Virus record (IMG/VR): IMGVR_UViG_3300046804_003469
Span: 1 to 64,000 of that record
Length of the DNA stretch: 64,000 bases
Reading direction: 5' to 3' (one strand)
Numbering within the stretch: the stretch's first letter is position 1; every line of letters begins with the position of its first letter. A program made the position numbers and the translations under genes. The notes beneath the pieces were generated by a model that worked only from the letters and a program-made list of their open reading frames with translations, was not told where the DNA came from and ran no database searches. Shown in pieces: positions 36,055 to 45,696 of the stretch.

Positions 36055-36358
36055 TCTATTTGGTTGTTCGTTTGTTTTATTAGATGATGAACAATGTCTT
36101 ATAGACTTATTGGAAAATGCTGCCGCAGCAAGTGGAGCAACAGTTGTTCAAACGATCTCAAAAAAGTTTGAACCTCAAGGAGTAACTGTAATATGCTTAC
36201 TGTCAGAAAGTCATATAAGTATCCATACTTGGCCTGAAGAAGGTAAAGCAGCAGTTGATGTATATACTTGTGGAGATTGTAATCCAAAGATTGGATGTGA
36301 TATAATTATTCAACAACTCTACGCTACTGATCATACATTGAGTTATATAGAACGATGA
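36032..36358 (+). CDS. speD: Pyruvoyl-dependent S-adenosylmethionine decarboxylase family proenzyme
   Basis: GKH, FEPQGVT, LSESHISIHTWPE, DVYTCG. Confidence 0.9.
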   Translation: MGKHYLLNLFGCSFVLLDDEQCLIDLLENAAAASGATVVQTISKKFEPQGVTVICLLSESHISIHTWPEEGKAAVDVYTCGDCNPKIGCDIIIQQLYATDHTLSYIER

Positions 36359-36363
36359 TACTT

Positions 36364-36399
36364 GGGAGGATTGACAACCTCCCTTTTTTTATGTAAAAT
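36364..36399 (+). promoter_or_regulatory. Terminator with the -35 box in its loop; promoter TTGACA-17-TAAAAT
   Basis: GGGAGG-aTTGACAa-CCTCCC plus T7; TAAAAT at 36394. Confidence 0.8.
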
Positions 36400-36421
36400 G
36401 TATTTGTGATATCATATATCA

Positions 36422-36589
36422 ATGGACAAGAAAAAACTAGAACTAATCATCTCAAATTTAGAATATTCAATTCAATCTTTAAAAGAAGAACTTCAACTTG
36501 AAGATAAGCAAGAATATTCTTATGAAGAAATTACATCTCATGTTGATGACTATGATGAAATTTTTGATGATGAAGCATATTCAGATTGA
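36422..36589 (+). CDS. 55-aa acidic hypothetical protein (not in ORF track)
   Basis: MDKKKLELIISNLE..DDYDEIFDDEAYSD. Confidence 0.7.
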   Translation: MDKKKLELIISNLEYSIQSLKEELQLEDKQEYSYEEITSHVDDYDEIFDDEAYSD

Positions 36590-36598
36590 GGAGTATAA

Positions 36599-37288
36599 AT
36601 GAAACCAACCGTTAAATTAATTTCTGCTACGCCTGATGCCGAAAAGCATATTGCTTATTGTGCTAGGGTAAGTAATCCAAAGAATCAAGAAAACTCTAAT
36701 TTTGAAGGATTGCTTAAATATTGCATTAAACATCAACATTGGAGCATCTTTGAACATGCTTTCCTTACTGTTGAAATTAATACATCGTTGGCAATTGCCA
36801 CTCAAATACTTCGACATCGTTCATTTACATATCAGCAATTCTCGCAAAGATATGCGGACAGTACTGAACTTCAAGTTGAACTTTCTACGCCTGAACTTCG
36901 ACGCCAAGATACAAAGAATCGTCAAAATTCTACAGATGATCTTGATCCTGCTTTGAAGGAAACAATGGAAATGCTAATTAAAAAGCATTTTGATGAAGGA
37001 CTTAACATTTATAATCTCCTTCTTGCTCAAGGAGTTGCAAAGGAATGTGCAAGGTTTGTACTCCCACAAGCAACACAAACAAGATTGTATATGTCTGGCT
37101 CTGTAAGATCGTGGATCCATTATATTGATCTTCGTTCTGCTCATGGAACTCAAAAAGAACACATGGAGGTAGCAGAAGCAATTCGATGCATTTTTACTTG
37201 TCAGTTTCCCACAATTTCTTCAGCACTTGGGTGGACTAGAGAAAACTGTCCAGAATGTGTTGATGCTCCATCTATTACTATGGAATAA
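36599..37288 (+). CDS. thyX: Flavin-dependent thymidylate synthase
   Basis: ARVS, HWSIFEH, RHRSFTYQQFSQRY, KECARFVLP. Confidence 0.95.
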   Translation: MKPTVKLISATPDAEKHIAYCARVSNPKNQENSNFEGLLKYCIKHQHWSIFEHAFLTVEINTSLAIATQILRHRSFTYQQFSQRYADSTELQVELSTPELRRQDTKNRQNSTDDLDPALKETMEMLIKKHFDEGLNIYNLLLAQGVAKECARFVLPQATQTRLYMSGSVRSWIHYIDLRSAHGTQKEHMEVAEAIRCIFTCQFPTISSALGWTRENCPECVDAPSITME

Positions 37289-37313
37289 ATAAATTATCTT
37301 GATTTTATAACAC

Positions 37314-37562
37314 ATGGCGACGTATCCCGTTATTAATAAAAACACTGGTGAACAAAAAGAAGTGGAAATGAGTGTCCACGCCTGGGACCAGTGGAAGAAA
37401 GAAAATCCAGATTGGGACAGAGATTGGTCTGACCCATCAACTTGTCCTGGTGCTGGAGAAGTTGGTGAATGGAGAGATAAACTCATCCAGAAAAACCCAG
37501 GTTGGAATGATGTTTTACATAGGGCATCTAAAATGCCTGGTTCTAAAGTCAAAAAACTCTAA
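37314..37562 (+). CDS. Conserved small protein upstream of phoH
   Basis: MATYPVINKNTGE, GWNDVL..PGS. Confidence 0.75.
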   Translation: MATYPVINKNTGEQKEVEMSVHAWDQWKKENPDWDRDWSDPSTCPGAGEVGEWRDKLIQKNPGWNDVLHRASKMPGSKVKKL

Positions 37563-37568
37563 AAAAAT

Positions 37569-38330
37569 ATGGCAAGAAGCAGAAGAAAAGGTGGTGAACA
37601 ACCAATTGGTGTTGGGATGACTACCAGAGCAATGAGGAAAAATAAAAAGGCGATCAATTCTGATCTTCTTCTTGATATCGATCCTCTTACAGAAAATCAA
37701 GAACGACTTTTTCAATCTTATAAGGATGGAAAAAATTTAGTTGCATATGGTGCCGCTGGAACAGGAAAAACTTTTATTACATTGTATAATGCAATAAAAG
37801 ATGTTCTTGATGAACGTAGTCCATATGACAAGATCTACATTGTAAGATCTCTTGTTGCCACTCGTGAGATTGGTTTTCTTCCTGGAGATCATGAAGATAA
37901 ATCATCTCTTTATCAAATTCCATACAAGAACATGGTAAAATACATGTTCCAAATGCCAGATGACGCATCGTTCGAAATGCTCTATGGAAACTTAAAAAAT
38001 CAAGGAACAATTTCTTTCTGGTCTACTTCATTCATTCGCGGAACCACTTTGGACAATGCAATTATCATTGTAGATGAGTTTCAGAATTTAAACTTCCACG
38101 AACTTGATTCAATCATTACTCGTGTTGGTGAAAATACTAAGATTTGTTTCTGTGGTGATGCAACTCAATCAGATCTTGTTAAAACAAATGAGAAGAATGG
38201 TATCATTGATTTTATGCAAATTCTTCGTGTAATGCCATCATTTGATATTATTGAATTTGGTATTCCTGATATTGTTAGATCTGGACTTTGCAAAGAGTAT
38301 ATTGTAGCAAAAACTCAATTAGGATTTTAA
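37569..38330 (+). CDS. phoH: PhoH-family ATPase
   Basis: GAAGTGKT, IGFLPGD, FIRGTTL, DEFQN, TRVG, GDATQSD, VRSG. Confidence 0.95.
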   Translation: MARSRRKGGEQPIGVGMTTRAMRKNKKAINSDLLLDIDPLTENQERLFQSYKDGKNLVAYGAAGTGKTFITLYNAIKDVLDERSPYDKIYIVRSLVATREIGFLPGDHEDKSSLYQIPYKNMVKYMFQMPDDASFEMLYGNLKNQGTISFWSTSFIRGTTLDNAIIIVDEFQNLNFHELDSIITRVGENTKICFCGDATQSDLVKTNEKNGIIDFMQILRVMPSFDIIEFGIPDIVRSGLCKEYIVAKTQLGF

Positions 38331-38336
38331 TTTGTT

Positions 38337-39008
38337 ATGTTTAATCATGTAGATATTGAACTCCCAAAGTTAGTTCGTGAAACTATTGATGGTGTTCGTT
38401 GGTATAGAAAAGAACATGAGACGGATTTAAAAAAGTTCGTCTCTATTACTTCTGTGACTAGCAACTATAAAAAAGAGTTCTTCAATCAGTGGAGACAAAA
38501 AGTTGGTGTAGAAGAAGCAGATAGAATTACTAGAAAAGCAACAAGTAGAGGTACTGATGCTCATACTTTAATTGAACATCATCTAAAAAACCAAGAACTT
38601 CCAAAAGTTCAACCACTTTCTGAAATGTTATTTCAGATTGCTAAACCATCTTTAAATCGTATAAATAATATCTACGCATTAGAAGGATCTCTCTATAGTG
38701 AGTTTCTAGGAATTGCTGGAACTGTAGATTGTATTGCTGAGTTTGATGGAGAACTTTCAATTATAGATTTTAAAACATCTGCCAAGCCAAAACCAAGGGA
38801 ATGGATTGAAGGTTATTTTGTTCAATGTTGTGCGTATGCATGTATGTTACATGAATTAACTGGACTATCAGTTAAGAAATTTGTAATTATCATGTCTTGT
38901 GAAAATGGAGAAGTTGAAGTTTATGAAGAATATGACAAGGCAAAATACATTAAATTACTTACACGTTACATTAAAAAGTTTTTAAAAGACAAACTTGAGA
39001 TGTCTTGA
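38337..39008 (+). CDS. PD-(D/E)xK exonuclease
   Basis: SITSV, RGTDAH, AGTVDC, IIDFKTS, QCCAYA. Confidence 0.85.
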   Translation: MFNHVDIELPKLVRETIDGVRWYRKEHETDLKKFVSITSVTSNYKKEFFNQWRQKVGVEEADRITRKATSRGTDAHTLIEHHLKNQELPKVQPLSEMLFQIAKPSLNRINNIYALEGSLYSEFLGIAGTVDCIAEFDGELSIIDFKTSAKPKPREWIEGYFVQCCAYACMLHELTGLSVKKFVIIMSCENGEVEVYEEYDKAKYIKLLTRYIKKFLKDKLEMS

Positions 39009-39033
39009 CTCGTTTATAATTTTATCTTATAAT
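39005..39033 (+). promoter_or_regulatory. Sigma70-type promoter TTGACT-17-TATAAT
   Basis: Intergenic, upstream of gp33. Confidence 0.75.
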
Positions 39034-39085
39034 AGACAACAGTATTATGGTGTAAAAAAAATTGTACATAACAGTGTTAGATCGA

Positions 39086-39343
39086 ATGGAAAATGAAGTA
39101 GAAAAGGCATTTCAAGATAAATTTTTTTGTCCTTCACGATTTGCACAGGAAATTGAATCTCTTGTGCAAATTAATAAGGAGATGAATTACATTGATGCAA
39201 TTGTTCATTTTTGTGAAAAAAATAATATTGATTTAGAATCAGTACCAAAACTAATCTCTAAACCATTGAAAGAAAAAATTAAGTATGAAGCAATGGAGTT
39301 AAACTTTTTAAAGAAAACTTCCAGAGCAAAATTGGTATTTTGA
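39086..39343 (+). CDS. gp33: Late-promoter transcription co-activator
   Basis: FAQEIE, YIDAIVHFCE, LISKPLKEKIKYEA..LNFL; synteny. Confidence 0.9.
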   Translation: MENEVEKAFQDKFFCPSRFAQEIESLVQINKEMNYIDAIVHFCEKNNIDLESVPKLISKPLKEKIKYEAMELNFLKKTSRAKLVF

Positions 39344-39346
39344 TGA

Positions 39347-39946
39347 ATGGTTCCTTTTGATACTTACAAAACTTATATTTCAATTAAAAATCATTTTACA
39401 AATAAAAAATACGATTATCATAAGTACGCTGGAAAAAATAAAGCGTCATTAGAATCTTTCTATAAAAGAAAGGATAGATATTGGTTTGAAAAATTATCAA
39501 GGCAAAAAGAAGATAAGGATGTGATAAATTTCTTTGTTGCTAATTTTGTTTCATCTACAGATCCAGGACAACTGTGGATGGGAAATTTAATTAAGGAAGG
39601 TGAAAAAACTTATGTAGAGTGGAAAAGAAAAATCGAATCACTCTCTTATGTTTTTAAACAAGAATCAATAGATTTATTTTCTGAGTATAAATTTCAAGAT
39701 GTATTCTCATGTAAGAATGGATCTCACCCAATAGTATTAAAAAAGTTTTTAAGTGGGAAGATCAGTCTTGAAACTATGGTAATCTATGATAGAATATTCT
39801 CGTACTCCAAAAATTTCGACAAACAACTCAAGGATCCAATTTGGGAAATGGTTAGTTTAAAACTAAACAAGTATTCTTCTTTTCTAAATATCGATGTATT
39901 CCATTATAAAAAAATTCTGAAGGAAATAGTAATAGGAGGAAAATGA
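39347..39946 (+). CDS. gp59: Helicase loader
   Basis: KNHFT..YDYHKY.GK, FYKRKDRYWFEKL, ISLET. Confidence 0.9.
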   Translation: MVPFDTYKTYISIKNHFTNKKYDYHKYAGKNKASLESFYKRKDRYWFEKLSRQKEDKDVINFFVANFVSSTDPGQLWMGNLIKEGEKTYVEWKRKIESLSYVFKQESIDLFSEYKFQDVFSCKNGSHPIVLKKFLSGKISLETMVIYDRIFSYSKNFDKQLKDPIWEMVSLKLNKYSSFLNIDVFHYKKILKEIVIGGK

Positions 39947-40287
39947 ACTTTTTTGATTCAGAGGTTGTTAGATCTGAAATGGCAGAAATTGCAGAACTTC
40001 AAGAAGAAATTTATAAAAATATTTTTAAATTTTCTTTTATGGGAAAAGATGATAAGATCTACCATGTCAATCTCCTCCAAAAACTTTTAGATAAACAACA
40101 AGTTCTTTATACGAGACTGAGTTTATCTGATGATCCCGAAGCAAAAGAAATGAAAGAAAAAATTACAGAATCTGCTTCTATGATGGGACTTCCTCCAAAT
40201 ATGGACATGAATATTATTTTTAATAATATGAATAAGTTGATCGATGCAATGAAAGAACAGATTGACAAAGCAGGATCCGACCTGTAG
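39943..40287 (+). CDS. DUF1825-like conserved protein
   Basis: FFDSEVV, RLSLSDDPEA. Confidence 0.75.
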   Translation: MNFFDSEVVRSEMAEIAELQEEIYKNIFKFSFMGKDDKIYHVNLLQKLLDKQQVLYTRLSLSDDPEAKEMKEKITESASMMGLPPNMDMNIIFNNMNKLIDAMKEQIDKAGSDL

Positions 40288-40290
40288 AAT
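40262..40290 (+). promoter_or_regulatory. Sigma70-type promoter TTGACA-17-TAGAAT for gp32
   Basis: Hexamers at 40262 and 40285. Confidence 0.75.
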
Positions 40291-40335
40291 GATGGAGTAC
40301 ACAAAGGCCAAATCCAATTAATACGAGGTACACAA

Positions 40336-41298
40336 ATGTCTTTTGCTGATCTTAAAAAGCAGTCTTCACTTGGTTCACTTACTGAAAAACTTGTGAAGCA
40401 AGTTGAAAAAATGAATAATGTATCTGGTTCAGTCGATGATCGCTTCTGGAAACCAGAAATGGATAAGACTGGAGTAGGTTCTGCAATCATCCGTTTTCTT
40501 CCCGCACCTGAAGGGGAAGATATGCCATGGGTTAAAATTTATTCTCATGCATTCCAAGGTCCTGGTGGTTGGTATATCGAAAATTCTCTAACTACAATTG
40601 GTCAAAAAGATCCTGTTTCTGATCATAACCGTGAACTTTGGAATACTGGTAACGAAAAGGATAAAGAAACCGTGCGTAAACAAAAGCGCAAACTGACTTT
40701 CTATAGCAACATTTACGTTATCAAAGATCCCGCAAATCCCCAAAACGAAGGAAAAGTATTTCTCTTTAAGTTTGGTAAGAAAATCTTTGATAAGATTACC
40801 GCTGCAATGCAACCTGAATTCGAGGATGAAGAACCTATCAATCCTTTTGATTTCTGGAATGGTGCAAACTTCCGTCTGAAGATCCGTAAGGTTGAAGGAT
40901 ATTGGAACTACGATAAGTCTGAGTTTGATAGTCCTTCTCCTCTTCTGAATGATGATGATGCTCTTGAGCAACTCTGGAAGAAACAATATTCTCTTTCTGC
41001 AATCGTTGCTCCCGATCAATTCAAGTCTTATGAAGATCTTGAAAAGCGTCTGAACAATGCTCTTGGTAAGAAAGGTGCTTCTCGTGCTCAACAGCAACAG
41101 GAAGAAGTATATGAGTCTTACACTCAACCTAAGAGTAGGGAAGATGCTGTGATGGAAGAACTGGAAGAATCTTATGCAAAAAGCAAAGCAAGTCCAGTTC
41201 CTGATAATCTCAAACAAGAATTGAATCGCCTCTCTTCAATCGATGATGAAGACGAAGATGAAAGTCTTGCTTACTTTCAAAAACTTGTGGATGAATGA
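40336..41298 (+). CDS. gp32: Single-stranded DNA-binding protein
   Basis: DDRFWKP, IRFLP, HAFQGPGGWYIEN, KFGKKIFDK, NYDKSEF, acidic tail. Confidence 0.95.
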   Translation: MSFADLKKQSSLGSLTEKLVKQVEKMNNVSGSVDDRFWKPEMDKTGVGSAIIRFLPAPEGEDMPWVKIYSHAFQGPGGWYIENSLTTIGQKDPVSDHNRELWNTGNEKDKETVRKQKRKLTFYSNIYVIKDPANPQNEGKVFLFKFGKKIFDKITAAMQPEFEDEEPINPFDFWNGANFRLKIRKVEGYWNYDKSEFDSPSPLLNDDDALEQLWKKQYSLSAIVAPDQFKSYEDLEKRLNNALGKKGASRAQQQQEEVYESYTQPKSREDAVMEELEESYAKSKASPVPDNLKQELNRLSSIDDEDEDESLAYFQKLVDE

Positions 41299-42324
41299 TT
41301 AGTCGTAAAGTCTAATATTATCTCCCCTCTTCATGGTGCTGCTCACGTATTGAGTAGCACCTTCTTTGTAAGGCATAACCTTATCAATATCATTGAATAT
41401 AACATTTAGATAAATTGGTTTTAGTATATAAATTCCTCTTTTTTCATTTTCTAATCTCATTTCATACTCATAGTTAGTAACAGGATTTAGGAATGAAGAT
41501 GATGATACTGTTACATAGTATCCATAGTTATCATCATAATACTCATAATAATAAGAATTGCCAGTTAAAGTAGGGTCTGTAATAATAAATGAAACAGTCT
41601 CAGAACGATTGTCACTAAGATATGGTTGTACGACATCTGGAACAGTGTCTAATTCATATGTAAATCTTTGAATAACACCATCGCTAAAGGGACTATTTAC
41701 ACTAGTTACAGTAAATCTTCCATTGTAAATATTTTCAGATACGTTATCAACTTGTACTTGATTTCCTACTTGTAATCCAGAAATACCATCATTAAGAACT
41801 ACAGTAACTGTAGTAGATGTATTAATACCATCTCCAGAAAATATTGCATTTATAGAATGATTAATTATTTCTACAAAGTTTCCATTTGTTTTCCAAGTTT
41901 TGGGCATAACACGACCCTCTGGAATTAAAACTTTTCCAGTAGAATCAGTCAGTTCTATAGTTTCATAATGATGAATTCCAGCGTATAATTCATCATAAGA
42001 TCCATATCTTTCAAGCATTACCTTATCAAATGTAGACTGAGATAAAGGCCATTCATCATAAACATTTAGAATATTATTTGCTAGTAAAATAATCCAATCT
42101 AGTGATGGGTCATTATAAAATTTTTGAGCAACATTATCGGGTCTTTCATCACCAATAATTTGATACTTTTCAAAAAATTGAAGATCTGAAAATATATCTT
42201 CTCTAAGTTTTCCACGTTTAAAAAGATTTTTTACCTCAATATAATTTGAAATAGTCTTCTCATTTTTATTTCTATTAGTGTATAAAAAGTTTGGGAGATT
42301 TCTGAAGTACTGATTTTCTGCCAT
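41299..42324 (-). CDS. gp53: Baseplate wedge protein with an inserted beta domain
   Basis: YFRNLPN, ERPDNVA, WIILLANNI, HHYET, VTNYEYE..NEKR.I.ILKP. Confidence 0.85.
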   Translation of the reverse strand: MAENQYFRNLPNFLYTNRNKNEKTISNYIEVKNLFKRGKLREDIFSDLQFFEKYQIIGDERPDNVAQKFYNDPSLDWIILLANNILNVYDEWPLSQSTFDKVMLERYGSYDELYAGIHHYETIELTDSTGKVLIPEGRVMPKTWKTNGNFVEIINHSINAIFSGDGINTSTTVTVVLNDGISGLQVGNQVQVDNVSENIYNGRFTVTSVNSPFSDGVIQRFTYELDTVPDVVQPYLSDNRSETVSFIITDPTLTGNSYYYEYYDDNYGYYVTVSSSSFLNPVTNYEYEMRLENEKRGIYILKPIYLNVIFNDIDKVMPYKEGATQYVSSTMKRGDNIRLYD

Positions 42325-42325
42325 T

Positions 42326-43681
42326 TTAGTATCCTATTACATTTTCTGGCATTGTATATTCATCATTATAAACTGGTTCTAATTCTTGGAATTGTAAAGT
42401 CAATTTATAAGTTACCATTGTACCATCTTCGTTAAATGTCATGTAACTTCCTTCTGGAGTATAATCCACATTAAAACTAAGAAGGGCACAATCCTTAATC
42501 AAATTTAGTCCAGCAGCACCTTTTCCTTTATATGCAATTTTAAAAATATTTGGTGCCTTTAAAAACAAATCTGTTTTTGATCTTTGCACTGCCATATTTT
42601 GTTTAAAAAATCTAATAATCTTTTTCACATTTGTTGCTTCGGGAGCACTTCTGGGAGACATTTGAAATGTAAAATTAAAAGGTCTTAATGTAGGACCTTG
42701 GAAAAGAAGTTCAAAATTTGGATTTACAATTGCTCCCGTTAAACGTGGTAACAAACCTTTAGTTGATGCTGCCTCTTGTGCTAACCAAGTTTGAATTGCA
42801 GTGTTGATATTACCACCTTCTTGTTTATATGTATTTGCAGTTCTATCAACTGGACTCTTTCCTTGAGCAAGTGTAGCACTCAAGTCCACTAAAGCTTGAT
42901 CAAGAGCATTCATTTCCATTCCTTGCCAATTTACTGAATTGTAATCAGCAATTGATGGTTGTATTCCAATTAAACATTTACCTTTAGAACTTCCTTGTGA
43001 TCTACCACTAAATCCCAATGTAGTTTCATTGATTGTTTTTTTACCATATTCAAAAGCTTCAAATAAAACCATATCCATTGATTTATTCATTTTTAATGGA
43101 TATTGTAAGTCTCCTCCACCCACAGCAACATTTGATGTTTTTGATTGAATGGATATACTATTAAAATCATTAATTGTTGCTGAAGGATTAGCACCTCCAG
43201 AATTAGCACCTCCAGGGGGAGTACCTCCAGGTGGAGTAGCAGCAGGAGCAGCATTGTTTCTACTAGAAGCAACTTTTCCCATTTGTGCTGGAGTTACACC
43301 AGCTGATGTTGCAGTTTTTATAATTTGTGCCTGAGTATTTTTATAAAGAGCACTATTTGTATCATTTAAATCTTTTAATGCACCAGTACCTAATATTGGA
43401 TCTCCTGCTTTTGCGTATTGAGCAATTCCTAAATTGAAAATTGTAGCGGCATCATATTTTGCTACTGTCCAACTTCCAGGTTTTCCTCCTTGAGTTGATG
43501 ATGCTGCAAGAATGTAATTTCCATTTCCAACAGGATCATATAAGATATTAGTTGTCGAAGAAATTACATTTCCTTGACTATCTTTTGTATATGATACTAC
43601 AGCTTTTGTATATAATGGATTGCTAGAACCTGTCGTTTTAGTTCCAGCTGGTTGACTTGTACGAGTAATTGTATCTGCCAT
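42326..43681 (-). CDS. gp48: Baseplate tail-tube cap
   Basis: LQYP, NPNFELLFQGPTLRPFNFTF, IIRFFK, VDYTPEG, LQFQELEP. Confidence 0.85.
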   Translation of the reverse strand: MADTITRTSQPAGTKTTGSSNPLYTKAVVSYTKDSQGNVISSTTNILYDPVGNGNYILAASSTQGGKPGSWTVAKYDAATIFNLGIAQYAKAGDPILGTGALKDLNDTNSALYKNTQAQIIKTATSAGVTPAQMGKVASSRNNAAPAATPPGGTPPGGANSGGANPSATINDFNSISIQSKTSNVAVGGGDLQYPLKMNKSMDMVLFEAFEYGKKTINETTLGFSGRSQGSSKGKCLIGIQPSIADYNSVNWQGMEMNALDQALVDLSATLAQGKSPVDRTANTYKQEGGNINTAIQTWLAQEAASTKGLLPRLTGAIVNPNFELLFQGPTLRPFNFTFQMSPRSAPEATNVKKIIRFFKQNMAVQRSKTDLFLKAPNIFKIAYKGKGAAGLNLIKDCALLSFNVDYTPEGSYMTFNEDGTMVTYKLTLQFQELEPVYNDEYTMPENVIGY

Positions 43682-43754
43682 CAGAAATTACTCCCGCATC
43701 CAATCCGTATCAATTTTTGAATAGAGATTAACATCTATTTATTTTTTTAATTAT

Positions 43755-44330
43755 TTATGGCACTCTTAAAAATTTTGCATAGGGAATATTTTTCATATCA
43801 TTAATCTCATCATTATTAATAACATGATATAAACTTCCCACTTCTGCCCAAGTGTAATTTCTTTGAGTTCCCCAATGAAAATTAATTCCTTTAAATCCCC
43901 ATTCCTCTGTAGATAAAACTGCAACTAAAGGATGTTGATCATATAAAAGTTTTGGAGTTTTTGCATTATAAACAAATGTGAAATAATTTCCAGGTTGCGG
44001 AAAAGAACTGGTTTCACTGAAAACTTTCATAATAATATCCATGATTAATGTAGGATCATCAATTCCTCTTATTTTTTGTTGAAGAATTTTAACTCTATTT
44101 TGTTCAGTCTTTACATCCTGATCAATTTTTTTGCTTATCTTTTTTTGCTTATAATCAGGATCATTAGAAATGATACTAATTAATTCTAACTTTGTTAGAC
44201 TATTATAATTTCCTATCCTACCTTGACCACTTTTAGTAGTATAATAAACTGAATAGTTTTGTGCGATTTGAATTAATTCACTTCTCGAAAATTGAGATAA
44301 TGGTCTTTCGTAACCAGTTAAAAATGCCAT
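43755..44330 (-). CDS. gp2: DNA end protector-like protein with N-terminal extension
   Basis: FVYNAKTP..YDQHPLV, GINFHW, RNYTW; synteny with gp4. Confidence 0.6.
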   Translation of the reverse strand: MAFLTGYERPLSQFSRSELIQIAQNYSVYYTTKSGQGRIGNYNSLTKLELISIISNDPDYKQKKISKKIDQDVKTEQNRVKILQQKIRGIDDPTLIMDIIMKVFSETSSFPQPGNYFTFVYNAKTPKLLYDQHPLVAVLSTEEWGFKGINFHWGTQRNYTWAEVGSLYHVINNDEINDMKNIPYAKFLRVP

Positions 44331-44773
44331 TACTTAATACCTAATTCGTTTTCTGTAATGATTTTAAATTCAAGCATATTATCTTTACAAAATTCTTCTG
44401 CTGCTTTCCACTTTGCTTGATTTGTTGCGTAAGTATAAACCTCATTCAAATATGATCTAGTCACTTTTGATTTTTGTTTAGGAGGCATTGTTTGACGTTG
44501 AGGTTTAATCTCTACAATATATTTTTTAATTTCCCCAGTGCTTTCTTTAACTTTCATAATAAAATCTGGATAATAAGTTCTTACTCTTTTTCTTACAGGA
44601 TCATAGTATTTTATTCTTATTTCTTCAGATCCCCAAGCAAGAATGTTTTCATTTAGATCACACCATCTACAGAACTTTCTTTCCCAACTACTTCTGCAAA
44701 TAATATTATTAGGATTACCAATATATTTTTCTGGATAAGATGGTTTGTATATGCTTTTAATACTTTCTGCCAT
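44330..44773 (-). CDS. gp4: Head completion nuclease (TnsA-like)
   Basis: PEKYIGN, RSSWE, WGSEE, YYPDF, EIKP, NQAKWKAA, ITE. Confidence 0.9.
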   Translation of the reverse strand: MAESIKSIYKPSYPEKYIGNPNNIICRSSWERKFCRWCDLNENILAWGSEEIRIKYYDPVRKRVRTYYPDFIMKVKESTGEIKKYIVEIKPQRQTMPPKQKSKVTRSYLNEVYTYATNQAKWKAAEEFCKDNMLEFKIITENELGIK

Positions 44774-44803
44774 AATCTTACCTACATAATATATCAATAA
44801 ATG

Positions 44804-44811
44804 TATTTATA
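44804..44811 (-). promoter_or_regulatory. T4-type late promoter TATAAATA for gp4-gp2
   Basis: TATTTATA on the plus strand in the divergent gap. Confidence 0.75.
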
Positions 44812-44812
44812 G

Positions 44813-45655
44813 ATGGGCGCTTCACTTATAAAAACAGATTTTATAAAGGAAAAAATATTACGTCCTTCTTTAACGTCTCATTTTGTTTGTGATTTTACTC
44901 CACCTTCAAATATTCAAGATAAAATGAAATTATGGGGAGTAACTAATAGTCCAGTCAATAATAATGATAATCTTTCTTTGTTATGTGCTGAAGCATCTCT
45001 ACCAGGATCATCAGTAGCGACTGTTGACATTGAAAATGATTTTCATGGAGTTTCTGAAAAACATGCTTACAGAAGATTATATGATGATCGAGCAGATTTT
45101 ACATTTTATGTAAGTATAAGAGAAAAAAATGAATATTATGCAATTAAATTTTTTGAGGCGTGGATATCACTAGTCGTAAATGAACAATACGATGCTGGTC
45201 CAGTTCCTATTCAAAATTCAGAATATTATTATCGTGTAAGTTATCCAGAAAGTTATTATGCAAAAGATTTAAGTATTACAAAATTTGAAAGAGATTTTTC
45301 ACTAGGAAATTCTTCGTTATTGACATACAAATTTGTAAATGCATATCCAATTAGTATTAATTCAATGCCAGTTACATATGAACAATCTGAATTATTAAAG
45401 TGTACTGTATCTTTCTTCTATAGTAGATATTATATTACATCTACAGGATCTCAAACACCAACATCAGTTAAAAATGTAAATGCTCCAGGAGTGCCAGAAT
45501 TAAATCGTTCTTATAGTTCTCCATTACCACCTTCAGTGATCTCTCAATATTTGGGAGATCCTACAGGAGCATTTTTAAATGCTAGTCAGACATCAAATTA
45601 TTTTGATCAATCATCAGTATCAAAGTTAGGAACTCGCCAAACTATCAGTAGATAA
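44813..45655 (+). CDS. Tail tube-like protein (gp19/gp54 family)
   Basis: LLCAEASLPG, FTFYV, FFEAW, ITKFE, AYPISI, CTVSF.Y. Confidence 0.75.
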   Translation: MGASLIKTDFIKEKILRPSLTSHFVCDFTPPSNIQDKMKLWGVTNSPVNNNDNLSLLCAEASLPGSSVATVDIENDFHGVSEKHAYRRLYDDRADFTFYVSIREKNEYYAIKFFEAWISLVVNEQYDAGPVPIQNSEYYYRVSYPESYYAKDLSITKFERDFSLGNSSLLTYKFVNAYPISINSMPVTYEQSELLKCTVSFFYSRYYITSTGSQTPTSVKNVNAPGVPELNRSYSSPLPPSVISQYLGDPTGAFLNASQTSNYFDQSSVSKLGTRQTISR

Positions 45656-45696
45656 CCAGAATAAATAAACACATCTGAAATATTCTATAAGAGATT

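Noticed and set aside
38337-39008. Cas4-like nuclease suggesting a CRISPR locus
   Set aside because: It is the usual exonuclease between phoH and gp33; it lacks the four-Cys pattern and no repeat-spacer array was seen in the window.
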